From the human T2T-CHM13v2.0 reference genome, Homo sapiens: DNA of 64,000 bases. Position 1 is the first letter of the stretch. Each line of letters starts with the position of its first letter. The stretch lies in the NCBI RefSeq assembly GCF_009914755.1, contig NC_060926.1; one strand, 5' to 3'. Below are positions 45,120 through 58,669 of this stretch, in pieces. A program made the translations under genes and the position numbers. The notes beneath the pieces were generated by a model that saw only the letters and a program-made list of their open reading frames with translations, searched no databases and was not told where the DNA came from.

Positions 45120-45260
45120 TTAATTAGTTAAATTAGTCAACATAGAGTTACTTAAGCACCTACTATGTGTCAAGCACTGTTCTAGGTGCTCAGGTTATAA
45201 TAGTGGGGGGAAATAAAACAGAGGAAAGAAGTCCCTACTCTGTTGAGTTTACATAATTTG
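45120..45260 (-). mobile_element. L2 3' end
   Basis: taagcacctactatgtgtcaagcactgttctaggtgct. Confidence 0.7.
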
Positions 45261-45384
45261 TGGTCTGTTATGTATAAGCATGCCTAAATGAACACTGTAG
45301 TAAAATCACAAAATTGTTCTTAATAGTTTTTGAATTTATTCATAAACTTCCAAATTACAGAGCCCCTTTTCAGATTGCTACAGA

Positions 45385-45740
45385 ATCATGGTTCTCAATC
45401 ACTGAAACTTGTAAAATGACTTGCAATGCCAAGGCCTCGCTCCAGAATAATTACATCAGAATCTAGTAGTCAGGCCCAAGTACTGTATTTTGTTGAAAGT
45501 TCCACTAGATGATTCTAATGAGCAGCCTGGGATGAGAACCAATGCTACATAGCTTAGTCATTCTCAAATGAGCGTACATCAAAATCACCTGTGTGACTGG
45601 TTAAACCTCAGACTTCTGGGCCAGCTCCAAAGTTTCTGATTCAGTAGTTGTCAAGCGGAGCCCCCAAATCTGCATTTCTGACAAGTTTCCAGGTGATGCT
45701 GATTGTGCTGGTCTGGGGACCACACTTTGAGAACTACAGC
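45385..45740. mobile_element. Two adjacent MER5 (hAT-Charlie) elements
   Basis: tggttctcaa...gatgattctaatgagcagcctgggatgagaacc and attctcaaa...ccaggtgatgctgat...ggaccacactttgagaac. Confidence 0.78.
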
Positions 45741-47328
45741 ATAGATAAATATACAGATTAAAAGGACTTTACCTGACTATTGTTATCAAGACAAAACCAG
45801 TTACAAGTTACTACCTAGACAGGGCTTATTTCTGTTTGCCTGTGCTAAACATTGCAGTTATATGCCTCAGGACTGTTCCAAACTAGAAATTCTTGCTTGG
45901 TATTATTGACATTCCAGAGCAGGACCTTTCAACCCCATTCTTTCCCAGCCCCTATGGCCCTGACACACATGGATGACAGGTTCTCTCAGAGACCAGAGCC
46001 TTCTCAGGCTTGGATAAGTGCTGGTGATGGGCAGTTGCAATAATGGCTATTACTGAACCTCTTTCTTTCCCTCTGATGGACAAAACACTGGTGTATCCTG
46101 ATGACAGCTGAAAACCTCAGGCTACTGGCCGATATTTAAAGGGTCTATTCAGTAAAATCAAAGGAAGAGGAAATAACTCGAAGGCGTCTCAGCCTTTAAA
46201 TAGAGATATGAACCACCTTCTTTGAGAATTATTTCGGCAGCTCCAAGGGTTGGATATCTTATCACAATGGAAGCAAAAATCCATAAATAAGAGCACATTT
46301 TCCTGTTGATTTTAATCAGTTCTAAGCCTGCTGTTTGAGTTCAGGTGAGCTGGAAGTGAGAGATACAAACAAGGACTTCAATCTGGGAGTCCCATGTTGA
46401 AAGGAGGACAAGCTGTGAAGAGAGAGACACTGGAAGAGTGTTGCAAATATCATATTAGCTCATTCCCCAAACTAATCCAAAAAACTATTTCTGCCACAAC
46501 TTATTTATTCTTCTTTTTCTGAACCATTCCTCTTTCTACCTGACCTTCTGTAATCCTTTTATATCTTTACATATCTTCAACATTTTCCTCAACTACTCCT
46601 TTCCAATAACATTCCAAATGGGGCTCATTGTTTATAGAGAATTTAAAAATAATAAACGGACAAAAACCTTTTTAAAAAATCACCATGCCCCAATAGTTTA
46701 AATAATGTTAGTGATAAAATACTTCCTCCACTGGAACACTCAGCCACACCTGACCCCATTCTCAGTCGCTGCTTTCAATGATTTGCCTTAATTGAAAACC
46801 AGTGCTTCCCAGGTGCCACTACTTTTATTGCAACCTCTTAAAATAGAGGGTACCTGCAGAGAGGAGGCTGAGTTTTTCTGGCTCCTCAGTGACAATTCCA
46901 GAAAGTTGTACACATTGACTTTGGGATGATACCATCCTGTCTGTTCTATGGTTCTTGGAATTAACTACTGACTGGCTGGGTCAGTGTCCAATATTTACTC
47001 AACTCTGCCCACACAGTCTCTTGATTTCCAGCACCATTAACTCCATCCCTACTTCAGCAAACTTTTCCTTAGACTGAACTTAGAATTGTCATCACCTAGA
47101 ACTGTTCCCCTGCCAACACCTTGAACTGAGGATTCCCGTTATATGCCTCCAGGTCTGGGGTCATGGCATAGACTTAGAAAGGCTGTATGCTGCACAAGTC
47201 TAGGAAGCGTCATTCACATGGATTGCCTGTCACCCTTCTGACACTGTCACCCATTTAACCTTACTCAATCTGTGACTTGAGCTTAGCAAGATTTCCATTG
47301 TTCAACAATATTTATTAGCTTAAATTAA

Positions 47329-47515
47329 TAACCAACCACCTTCCACGGTTCTTTTTCCTCTACATATAAATTTATTCAAATCGGGTAGAGGGATGTATCT
47401 CTCAACTCTGCCTCCCTTTTCAGATACCGTCTTTTTTTCTTTCATTCCTTTTACTGCAAAATTTCTTAACTGAGGAAGCCATACATTCTGTCTCCAGCTC
47501 TTCACTTCTCATTTA
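47329..47515 (+). repeat. 187-bp duplicated copy of 48094-48280
   Basis: Ungapped, about 14 mismatches by eye; flanked by a 16-bp direct repeat and a 22-bp perfect inverted repeat. Confidence 0.92.
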
Positions 47516-47899
47516 TTAACTTAAATACCATTGAACAATGGAAATCTTGCTAGGTCCCAGGTTAGGCCTTCCCTGCTGAAATTTTTTTTCTAGTTTTGCC
47601 TTTTCTCCCAGGCTACAAGAACCAGTCAGGCTTTATCTCATTCTCTCCCCAGCTTTGGAGCCCTGGGTCTATCTCTTCAAAGGCATTGTCAACAGCATCC
47701 TTTAATTATCTTGCCTTTTCTTTCTCATCTACCCTGCCAATATCCAACTCTAATTCTTTGTTGAAATTATTATGTACTAATGAAGTTGATCCTTAACTGG
47801 ACATTCAACACTGCTCCAGAATTATTTATTCTCTCCCCAGCTGCTTGATGTTCTCCTTGAATTTCTACATCATGGCTAACTCTCCCTCTTAGTGGAGAA

Positions 47900-48700
47900 C
47901 CTCACCTGCTCCACTGAAAAGAGCATTCATTTCCTCAATATGCTTTGCCGCTTCCAACCTTGTCAAAACTCATCTTCATCCATCCTTTGCTCCTTAAATC
48001 TGGGCTCCTAATCCTATAAATCTAGTTGCTGCTAGGATCTTGCTCCAGAAGTGAACTTCTTTCTTTCTTAATTCTTCAGTCTCTCTCTCTCTCTAACCAA
48101 CCACCTTCCATGGTTCTCTTTCCTCTACGTACAAACTTATTCAAATGGGGTGGAGGGATGTATCTCTCAACTCTGGCTCCCTTTTCAGACACCATCTTTT
48201 TTTCTTTCATTCTTTTTACTGGAAAATTTCTTAACTGAGGAAGCCATACTTTCTGTCTCCAGCTCTTCACTTCTAATTTAGTCCAAACCATCCTGCAGTC
48301 TGGCCTCTGTCCACTCCACTCTATGGAAACTACTTTCCCCAATAACACCAGTGACTCAAAATTGCAAACTCAGAGCCGTCTTTCAGAGCTCCTTCAATGT
48401 GACCTGTCTGCAATGCCTGGTACTGATGATACCTTCTTCTTGGAATGTGCTTCCTATCTCTTGCACTGCTTTCTCTTCATTCCTTTTACCAGCTTCTCCT
48501 CGTCTGTCTACCCAAAGTTCCAACATGAATCCTCTTCTTTTCTCAATTTAAAAACTACTTCTGAGAAATCTGACTTCAACTACAATCAGTGCACAAATAT
48601 CTGCAGCCTCCACCTCCCTCAAAGTCCCAGATCCTTTGAGCTTTTATTTGTTCTTTATGTAAGTTCAGGATTACCCTCAAACAAATCTCTCAAGTGTAAC
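47900..48700 (+). mobile_element. L2 body fragment (donor of the duplication)
   Basis: ctgcagtctggcctctgtccactccactctatggaaactactttcccc...tgacctgtctgcaatg. Confidence 0.7.
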
Positions 48701-49292
48701 TATATTACATTGCTGGTTAAATAAAGAACTGCTGCTTTAAGGGCATCTGAGTTGGGTATAAGTTTGACATCTTCTTGTGCAAAGTTAGGAACCAACCTGA
48801 TGACATATCTAAATAGAAAGCCAGACGGCCTCCTTACATGCTGTTAGAGATGAGCCACTATGGTACCCTGGGTACCATGGACAGAGCTAAGATCATGTCT
48901 GCTCAATTATTTGGGGTCCACTCCAATCCAAAAGCAGACAATCAAGCTCCCAATGTTTAATGTCTTATAAGATGGCTGCAACAATTTTAGCCTGCAATAT
49001 TTATAGAGGAGTTGGTCATTTCAGCTACTTAAAAACCTAAGGAAAGCACTCATAAAATATGAAACTTTGAGCAATAGAACTTCCTGGGGCCAAGAAAATC
49101 ATGTATATGCTTAAGTAACTGATTGAGGTGACTTCACATTTGGGATTATTAGCTATAAACCACTTTATATAATCTAAAAATAATGACTTTGATATTAGAA
49201 TATTTTTTTTAAATATGTGTCTTCTTTCCAGCAGTAATTAGATACCAGAGCCAACTGCCTATTATGGACACACCTAGATTTTAATCATTAAA

Positions 49293-49930
49293 TCAGTACT
49301 GGGGAAACTGGCTAACCATATGCAGAAGAACAAAACTGGACCCCTACCTCTCACCATATATAAAAATTAACTCAAGATGGATTAAAAGCTTAAGAATAAG
49401 AAATCAAACTATAAAACTCATAGAAGAAAATCTAGGAAATACTTTTCTATACATTGGCCTAGGCAAAGCATTTATGACTAAGTCTTCTAAAAATGCAACA
49501 AAAATAAAAATTGACAAGTAGGACCTAATTAAACTAAAGAGCTTCTGTGCAGCAAAAGAAACTCTCAACAGATTGAACAGACAACATACAGAATGGGAGA
49601 AAATATTTGCAAACCAAGCATCTGACAAGGGACTAATATCCAGAATCTATAAGGAACTTAAGTCAACAAGAAAAAGAAACAAATAAACCCATTAAGAAGT
49701 AGGCAAAGGACATCAACAGACACTTCTCAAAAGAAGACATGTAAGTGGCCAACAATTAATCACCAGAGAGATGCAATCATTAATCACCAGAGAGATGCAA
49801 AACAAAACCACAATGAGATACCATCTCACACAGGTCAGAATGGCTATAATTAAAAAGTAAAAAACAAAAATAACAGATGTTGACAAGGTTGAAGAGAAAG
49901 GGAACACTTATACATTGTTGGTAGGAATGT
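49293..49930 (+). mobile_element. L1P/L1PB ORF2 3' fragment, truncated at both ends
   Basis: aactggctaaccatatgcagaaga...gagataccatctcacacaggtcagaatggc...ggaacacttatacattgttggtaggaatgt. Confidence 0.87.
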
Positions 49931-49959
49931 GTACTCAGTACACAGGTACTGAGTAAAGA

Positions 49960-50120
49960 GTCAGAAAGAGAGTGAGAGGAATCTGAAGATACCATTTGAG
50001 TCACTGAGGCAAGACTCATGCCCTGGATTCCCATTCTTGTAAATCAATTCATTCCCTTTTCTGCCTAAGCTAGTTTGAGTTAGGTTTTGTCAGTTGCTTC
50101 TGAAGATTCCTGACTAGCAG
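49960..50120 (+). mobile_element. MLT1J/K-like LTR 3' end
   Basis: ttcccttttctgcctaagctagtttgagttaggttttgtcagttgc. Confidence 0.55.
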
Positions 50121-50539
50121 ACACATCTTCTATGTGTAAGGAAATCTGTGTCTTTTTGTCCTCTATAACAAGAGGACATGTATCTAGCTGTTCCAAAGGG
50201 TAATCAGTTCTTTTCCCAAACTGATGGTCCATGGAATGTTAATTTCCCACAGGAAGTTAACACGTATACTATAAAAATGTGTTCAAGTAAGTTTGGGAAA
50301 TACTAAGATAAACAAAGTAAAATAAATTTATTTATGGCAGGAGCTTTCAGAATATTTATGATAATATGGTGGAGTGCATTATGAATCTCTAAAAGGAGGA
50401 CTTAGTGTGCTTATTGCTCAGTTATCTGATAACAGAAACCTTTCTCAATAGACCCAGTTTGGGAAATAATATTTACCTTTCCATAAGCAAGCAAGAATGG
50501 TCAAGTAAACAAACTGAATGGCATAGACACATAGACACT

Positions 50540-50720
50540 TCCTGCTTTGTATTATAGTTTCTGTTTTCATGTCTTGTCTACTAGACTGTATACTTCCTGA
50601 GTCTAGTGGCTATGACTTAATCTCCTGTGTATCCCCAAGAACTAGCAGAGTGCCTAAAACACAGAAGATATGCACCAATAAATGAAAGAAACATAGAATA
50701 AATGATGAGTGAAATTAAAA
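50540..50720 (+). mobile_element. L2 3' end
   Basis: ctactagactgtatacttcctgag...tgtatccccaagaactagcagagtgcct...aataaatgaa. Confidence 0.65.
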
Positions 50721-53700
50721 AGTGATGGAAAGCATTCTATTGAATATCCTAAGCTGTAGGTAAATAACAGGACACAGGAGTTGGCAAAATAAAAATGTAA
50801 GAATAAATTAAATATACATTATTCCTTTAAGCCTGTCTAATTAGTCAGTGAGTATGTCTTTGTAAGATATTTAATCATTTGAGAAGCTGGAAGAGAAATT
50901 GAATTACTGGAGAACAAATCTAGTGTCAGTTCCTTTTGAGAATAAGGAGCCATGAATGCTAAAAGCCAAACTGAGGCATGACATCCACGACCATGATACA
51001 GACTTGCTAGGATCATGATTTTGGAGGGACAGCACAGGCAGAAATAATGTTGGCTTTCAGAAATTATTTATCATGAACTGAAATTTAAAAGGCCACCCAG
51101 GCAGATCAGCATTTATTTGCCCAATTGCCTCTAATACATTCATTTATTCAGCACATTTATACAAAGTGCCATATATGTAAATGTATAACAATCATATTTC
51201 TGCAAAACAAACCAAAAACCCAGAGCAATTAGAAACACCTATCAAGTAGACAAAGGCAGAGCTTACATCTGGATTTTGAATACTTAGAGGCACCTGTCAC
51301 TTGCCATCATATGAACTCACTAACAAAAGACATCTGCCATTTGATACTAATTGGGTAATTTGCACAGTGACTCTTGAACTCACAAATGGTTTATGGTAGA
51401 TATAGTTTAACTCCACAATTAATATGTATTGCCTTTAAAAAATCTTCATGAGGCCATATAATCATTTTAACAGTTGTGTAAGAAGGGAACTTTTGTTGAG
51501 GGTTTACCTCATAACATTGGAACCTTTCTTTAAATTCTTATGCTAATTTTGTTTGTAAAGCAAAATAATGCTTTTAAAAGTAAGAAAATGATAAGCATGG
51601 GTGATTAGTTTTATTGGAGAGGTTTTTTTCAGCTGAAAAATTCTCATAAGACACATAATTCCTGATGCCCAAGGTTTTCATAAATGTGTTTTCAGAATCA
51701 CAAATACTAAAAGAGGCATTGCTTTAGTATTGAGCTTTAAAAAGACATGCTAATAAAATATACCACCGTGTTATCAAGTCATAATATTTCGGTCTAGTTC
51801 TATCTATTTTTAACTTCGGCTACTTATTGTGAGAACTGATTTTAATTGGTCCTCGTTTTTCTGGAGATAGACATCTGTATGATTATGATGATGGAACTGG
51901 GTTCCCTTCTTTAGCAGCACTGCTGAACCGAGAGGGCACTGAGACCACAAAAGAAACCACAGTCTTCTCCCTCAAACAAATGATTTAAGTAAATAAGATT
52001 AATAAAACATGGCTTCTCTAATGCTGTTTGAAAAATCCCCATTACATTCTCTTTCTTCCTTCCCAGATCTCTCAGAACTTCTGTAGAAAGCAAACATCAA
52101 AAGGACCAAAGGTTTTTGTAGTGATTCAGCCGCCCACAGCAAAGAAGTAAACCTTGATTTTCTTTCAGCCTAGGAAATGATCAGCGAAGAGGCTTCACAA
52201 ACAGCCTCTTTAACATTTGAGGTTAAAAAAGAAAGTCAGTGGAGCAGAACAGTTATTTTCACAAACGCCTTCGGGGTTTTTTCTTCTACTTTTTAAGTAA
52301 CCCTTCTAATCCCCCCAAGTAAAATATTTTCATTAGCTAAAGTTTTGGCTAGGCATTTTAAACATGCTTTAAAAAAACAAATGATAAAATATATTTATGT
52401 ATTGGGTGTGACTTTTTCTAGTGCTTTTTTCCTTTGGCTTTCTCAAATGCTGATTTCCTCTGGCTATAGAGTTTCAACTAGCTTCTTTGGTGACTCTGCC
52501 AAGTCACACCTACCTTAGCAGTTTCCGTTTTGTCTCAGAATTCAGCTTTTGGAATTGAGCTCCGGAATCACTGTTCCTTTTTTTTCTTTGGAGACAGACA
52601 ACTCTACAAAGCAGTTCACCCTAGAGTTCTGCCAAGTGAACCCTGGTGTTTGGATTTCAGGAGGAGAGCCCATCTCCAGTGCCTACTTGGGGAACTCTGT
52701 TACCTACCCTGTAGTTTTTTCAGGTGAGATGCCAAAGGTTATGTTCAAGAAAGGCAAAGAGAGAGAGATGTGTTGCTTTCATCAACACTCAGACAATAAA
52801 GTCAAAGATAGTAAAATTAATTAAATTAACAGGGAACCAACTTTACTGGAAAAGATAAAGCAATAAACTGGACAGAGATTCAGATGAACTTACAAATAAT
52901 ATGTAGATCACTGATAGCCCCCTCTTTTAAAGGAAACATGTATATATCTTCTCGCCAGCTTTATTCAAGTATGGACAGAAATAAACCTCAAGAAACCCTG
53001 TCTTTTCCCTTCCTACATTAAGCTAGAGATGTCCATATGGGTCTCTCTTTGGATATCTCTCTCAAAGGAAACAGAGAAATTGCTAGAGGAGGGTCGTGGG
53101 CCAGAGAATAAAACAGGCTTCCAACAACTCACGATTTGTAAACTTTAGTCGGATGTCTGGATTATAATTAAATCTAAAACTTGGAAAGCAGCTGGGGAAG
53201 GGTAGACAGGCTGAATGAGAAGTAGGGCAGGGTTTACTAAGCAAATCATGGTGTAGGAAAAACAGATAGCTAACTTTTATGAAATTTTATTTTAATAAAG
53301 TTTACAATGGCCAAGCGTTGGCCATCTAGACACAGCTAACAAAGGACACCAAGAGGTGGTTGTGTCTCTTTGTTCACATTCTACACAGAAAGAAAAGCAG
53401 CAGCAGGAGAGGCTCCTTAGGAAAAGAGCTCTCTCCCTTCATGAGAACTTCACAGTAACAGAGGTCAGGAAATAAACAGACCTGGCTCTCTCATGGGGCC
53501 TAACCATGACCCCAAACAGTAAACCCAAGGGAAAATTCCACTTAGTCCAAGTTAAGCTGACAAAGTGGTATCAATATTGCCCATTAAGGATAGGTTTATT
53601 TTCTCTGACCTAAGCTGCTTGGCAATCCCATGGTCTAAATAGAAAAAAAAAAAAGGCTATTTTATTTTCTCTAAAAGCAATAAGCTTATGTCCAAAAGAT

Positions 53701-54607
53701 TATAATTTCTTAGAGATATTGTCAACCCTGTCAATATATGAAAGGCAACTCACATTTTCTCTCCAAGTGACTCAAATTTTAATCTTTATTATCCTTTCCC
53801 AGATGTCACAACTCCTCTCTGCCAGATTCCCCATTATTTCAAGAGACAAGAATATTCCTTAAGGCCTCCTTTTGAATATACATCTTTCTGATATCATGTC
53901 TCTGGTTTCCCTGAAGACTAACACATCAACAAATCTATCCTGTGCCTGGATTCTAGGCTTTGAAAATAATTGTATCAGTTTAGCCAGGCACAATCAACAT
54001 TTCTGTCTTATGTGCATTCTTCAATTCCAGCAGAATGTCTTGTTTGCACCGCCCCAATTCTATGCATAAAAGTGTTGATGCAGAAATTGGCATAATTGTG
54101 AACAGAGACAAACCTTTCTGCAAATAAGACAACTGTCACTCATGGACCACAGGAAGACTCTATTCTGAGACTGCTCCAACATAACATCAGCTATGGAAGT
54201 CCTAGGAGGGTATGGCTTGTGGAGTAATACCCTGATTAGTGTGCACCAAAAGCTCACAGTATTTTTTTTTAAGCATCAAAAAGCCTTGCTCCTCTAGAAA
54301 CGTTTAGCGCATTCAAGCCCACACACACTCAGATAGTAACGATAATCCTTTCTTTGTGGGATTTGGAAGAGCTACAAAGAATAAAAAAAGCCACAATATT
54401 TTGACAAAGTGATGCATTCTTCTCTAGGTATAGTTGATGGAAACTTTTGAACTTTCCCTGTTCAATTGATAAAACATTATAAATGCAAGAACATTGGAGT
54501 ATATAAGGCTTTATAGGAATACAACAGATAAAGACACACACTTATTAGGTGTATATGAAGTACCTTATATTTTTAAAATAATCCATTTGCATAAAAATTT
54601 ACAATTT

Positions 54608-54813
54608 TACATAAGGTATATCTCCTAATGCTATCCCTCCCCCCACCCCACAACAGGCCCCAGTGTGTGATGTTCCCCCTTCTGTGTCCCAATGTAAATG
54701 ATGAGTTAATGGGTGCAGCACACCAACATGGCAGATGTATACATATGTAACAAACCTGCACGTTGTGCACATGTACCCTAGAACTTAAAGTATAATAAAA
54801 AAAAAAAATTTAA
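54608..54813 (+). mobile_element. Short 5'-inverted (twin-primed) L1PA4/5-like insertion
   Basis: Inverted 3' UTR arm (~54606-54689) joined to forward 3' end and poly-A; TSD aaaaatttacaattt 54593-54607 / aaaaatttacagttt 54814-54828. Confidence 0.92.
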
Positions 54814-55254
54814 AAAAATTTACAGTTTAAAGGGTATTCTCTGATACATTATCAAGACATTTAGTATAAAAATAAGTTATTACTCAACTAACATTTAAAC
54901 AGCATCATTCACTTTCTCCATTTCTGATTAAATGAGGAAGGGTGTTGGCAATTTTTTTAAAATTTAATAAAAATTTCTACCCTCCTGTTTCCAAGCAAGA
55001 TTTGAACTGATATTTAGTATTAAACACAGGTAAAACAACAACATTAAAAATCAAAGACAAGACAAAACCAAGTAAAAGGAGTAGATATTTCCAAGCAATT
55101 GTAACAAGTTAATTGTCACAGTTGGGCCATGAATTTGCCTTTCACAGGCGTCAGCATTTGCTCACCAGATGGAACTACTGAAACTCTGTGCCTCTTTAAC
55201 AGGGTGTTTCTAGACCTGTCTCACCAGCAGGGGCCCTGGATTAATTATACTGTT

Positions 55255-55425
55255 GTATTTCTCAGAAAGCGGTGAGTAGACCAACTGCACTGGAATCAAG
55301 GATGCCTATTTTTAAAATGAGGATTCCTGGGCCTGCCCTAGGCTCTCTGGAGGTAGGGTTCTGGAATTTGCATTTTCATATTACCCATCAGGTGACATTT
55401 TTGCTCTCTAAAGTTTGGAAACCAC
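55255..55425. mobile_element. MER5-type element
   Basis: aaaatgaggattcctgggcc...ctggaatttgcatttt...caggtgac...aagtttggaaacc. Confidence 0.6.
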
Positions 55426-56825
55426 TACCTTCCTGGGAATGGTGTCCATTGCATGGGAACTATAGAAAACCCAGCAACAACGAGATAGAAAATTGTTATA
55501 GTGACCAGCCCCTTGGATATTGCTTTATGCTTTGTTATTTCTGCCCTGTGCAGGTAATATATTGAAATGCCTGGTCCACAGTTCACTTGATTTTTTATTT
55601 TGAATGGTCCCATGTGCTTGAACTCCTCTGACTATTATGTTATTCTCTTTCCAGCATCCCATCCCCCATCTGCTCATCCACACTTTTTTGGTTCCTGCCA
55701 CAAGCCCCTGATAATTGTGCATGTCCCATAACCTGCTGGTTACTCCTGAGCTCACTTTGATAGTTCTGCATGTGCTACAGTCTCTGCTTGTCTCGCTGGG
55801 ATCAATTCACTCCATGCTGGTCCTGGGTCCATCTGAGACCCTCCCTACCCCAGCTTCTAGCCATTAATGCCTACATATGGACCTACATTGGAGAAATTAT
55901 CTGTTCTTTGTTCCTGAAAGATATTTCCAGTTCATTGGCTTTATTGGCTTATTCTGTGTATTTGAGGTATGTATCTTATGCTTTTCCCACTTTCTACACA
56001 CTCTCAGACACAGTTAATTGCCCCTGCTCTTTTCCATTTCCCCCCATATATTCATTGGTTTATATTATTGTCTTATGATGTGCCTCTTACATTTGACAAT
56101 TTCACATGAAGGCATATCCAACATCTGGCCTTTAAGTTTATGGTCCAAATTTCTACACTAAACTTATGAATGCTTCAGTCATATACTTGGGAATTCATCA
56201 TCGTTTAACATTCATTTACCCCCAAGTAATTTTGTTTGTTCTTGTTCCCTGTGAAGTTTTGCGTTTTTGCTAAAAATTTACGATAATACTTCCTGCTCCT
56301 TCTCTGTGGAATTATTAAGGCTCCTGTCAAAAATATTTTCTCCATTTTTGAGAGGGACCCATTGTCCCTAGCTCAGAGCCTCCCTTTTTGGTCACAGACC
56401 ACTCAGGAAATCATTTTTAAAAGAGCATGGACAGCACATTCTGGCAGTTTTCTATGGTTATGCTGCTTCCAAAGCAATCTGCATGAGTCTTCAGCAACCT
56501 GCAAGAAGACAAGATAGAAATATCACCTCCACATTCAGCTCCTTTAGTCTTCTACTCAAGACTTCAAAGTGTTCAGGATGCCTCCCACTTTTCTTCAAAT
56601 TGATCATACAAGCCAGGACAAGTGCAGAGTGTCCAGTGGGCGCAGGAGGCTTAGGATGTCACTTCTGAATTTTGGAAAAGTTTATCAGGGGAGGCAGCAC
56701 AGCAGATATAGCACATCAGGTCTGTAACACAGGCAATTCCATAGCAATCCATAGGGAATCACAATTAGCTCCTCATGGGACTTACTCACATGATTTCTTC
56801 CATCAGCTGGGGTGCCTGTAAACCC

Positions 56826-57260
56826 CAGTCATATGCCAGAGCCACTTCATACTAGCTGGAGGGACTGAGCCAATTGTTACATTTTGGGACCTTTGCAAGC
56901 TAGTCGTTAAACACAGGCATTATTAAATTATGTAAATTTACACAAAATCAATTATATTAAAAACAAAGGTAACAAATACTAAAAACTCACCACTTTTTAA
57001 TTATTTTACTGTGTTTTACTATTATCTATGCTCTTGAGATAATTTATATCTACTAAATCTGTATGGCAGAAATAATATATGAGAGTATGCCACTGCACAT
57101 CTCTTCCCATCTCTGTGTTCAGTAATATCAAGTTGGTAATTTGAAATAGGCTATGGTGGGATATTTACACCACAGAAATCAGCACGTGCTGAAAATCAGG
57201 ATTTAACCAACCCTCTTCTCCTCCCCCCAGCCAGTTGTTAAATATGTCCAGTGCATTATT
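56826..57260 (+). mobile_element. MER63 (hAT-Blackjack)
   Basis: attatattaaaaacaaaggtaacaaatact...ttttactattatctatgctcttgag...ggtgggatatttacaccacagaaatc...agccagttgttaaa. Confidence 0.8.
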
Positions 57261-58669
57261 TGCTGTGAATCCAGCCCATTTAGTATTAAGATGGAAAGTG
57301 CAAAAGTACACCATGGTTATGGGTCAAATTTCCCATCTTTACTTAAAACTTTCTCACTGCCCCCAATCTGCTTTCCTTTCGATATGGTCCAACATGTCTC
57401 AAGCCAAGGCCTGTGGAAGCACAACCTATATCAAATAACTTACCTGAATAACGTTCACACTGGCCCTCCTTTTTAAAATCTTCAGAAATTCTTTCATATA
57501 AATTTTACGTCTACTTTTTCTCTGCTCAAAATCCCTGCTCTTTTACCTACATTGTCTCCTATACCCTACTCTGCACTTGTGTGTCTATGTGTTTATATCT
57601 GTGTGTTTATGTGTTCATATCTGTATGTACTAGATAGTAGCTGGGCAGTTACTTCTGATTGACTAACTTTAAATTAAAATATCTGTAATTTAAGCCCACC
57701 TTAGTATCTACTAAAACACTGGAAGGTGAGATCATTAACTGTCTTAGAATCAATACTTGAGTCCTTAAGAGGGAATTCAGGAGGTTAGCAAACATTATTA
57801 AAAGATCAGAAAATGGATTCAGGAAAATCTAAAGAAAGTAAGACTCTTTATGTGGCAATGATAAGGCTAATGGGGAACTGAAAGTGATCATGGAGAATGA
57901 TTGGGAATTTTATACAGAGAAGTCTTTGTTCTCTGTTTCCACTCACAATAAGTCAGGACAGATTCAACTTACAGCACTTCATCGAAAGAACTGTAGAAGA
58001 ATTCAATGAGAGAAAATTATCTGAAGGTTTTATTTCTCCTAAAGTTTTTTTTAATCAACATTTTAATCAATGATCCCACAGAAGCTGAATTTGAAGGTAG
58101 AGAGTCTAATTACGAAAAAGTCACTCAAAAATATAGTCAATGGAAGATGGGATGTCTGAGTTGTCCCCACAAACAGATATGGACTCTGGCTTTCTAATAT
58201 CCTACAAAGTTCTAAGCTTAATTGAAGATCTTATTTACTAAGGTTACCCCAAGTAAAGTATGTGTATGGTTAAGGGATAAAGATATAAATACCTAAGACA
58301 CATGATACCAAATCTAACCAAAGAAACATCCTGTCTAAAACCCCATTTCTGATAAAGTCACTGAAGTTATTTTGCTGGAGAGCATAAGAGAGCCTCTAAT
58401 AAACAACTTCCCCTAATACTTCATGAGGTCCTTGTGTTTGTCTAATCTCATTTTGAACCAATTTATGTATTAACCTGCTATGCATAATTTATGTGCAACC
58501 TCCTGGTAATTACTTCCCTATTTTTTTATTGCCACTCTAATGATAGATACAGTTTCTATACAAGTTTCTTCCAGTATCCTGGAATTTGCTAAATCTCTGG
58601 GTATATATTATAATATTTTTGGAATAGAAAAGGTAAAAACCACTAAATGCATTCATTAACTGGTTAATG

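Noticed and set aside
47320-48348. Paralogous ORF pair (KSWRQ.VWLPQLRNF...)
   Set aside because: Simply the translation of the duplicated L2 segment.
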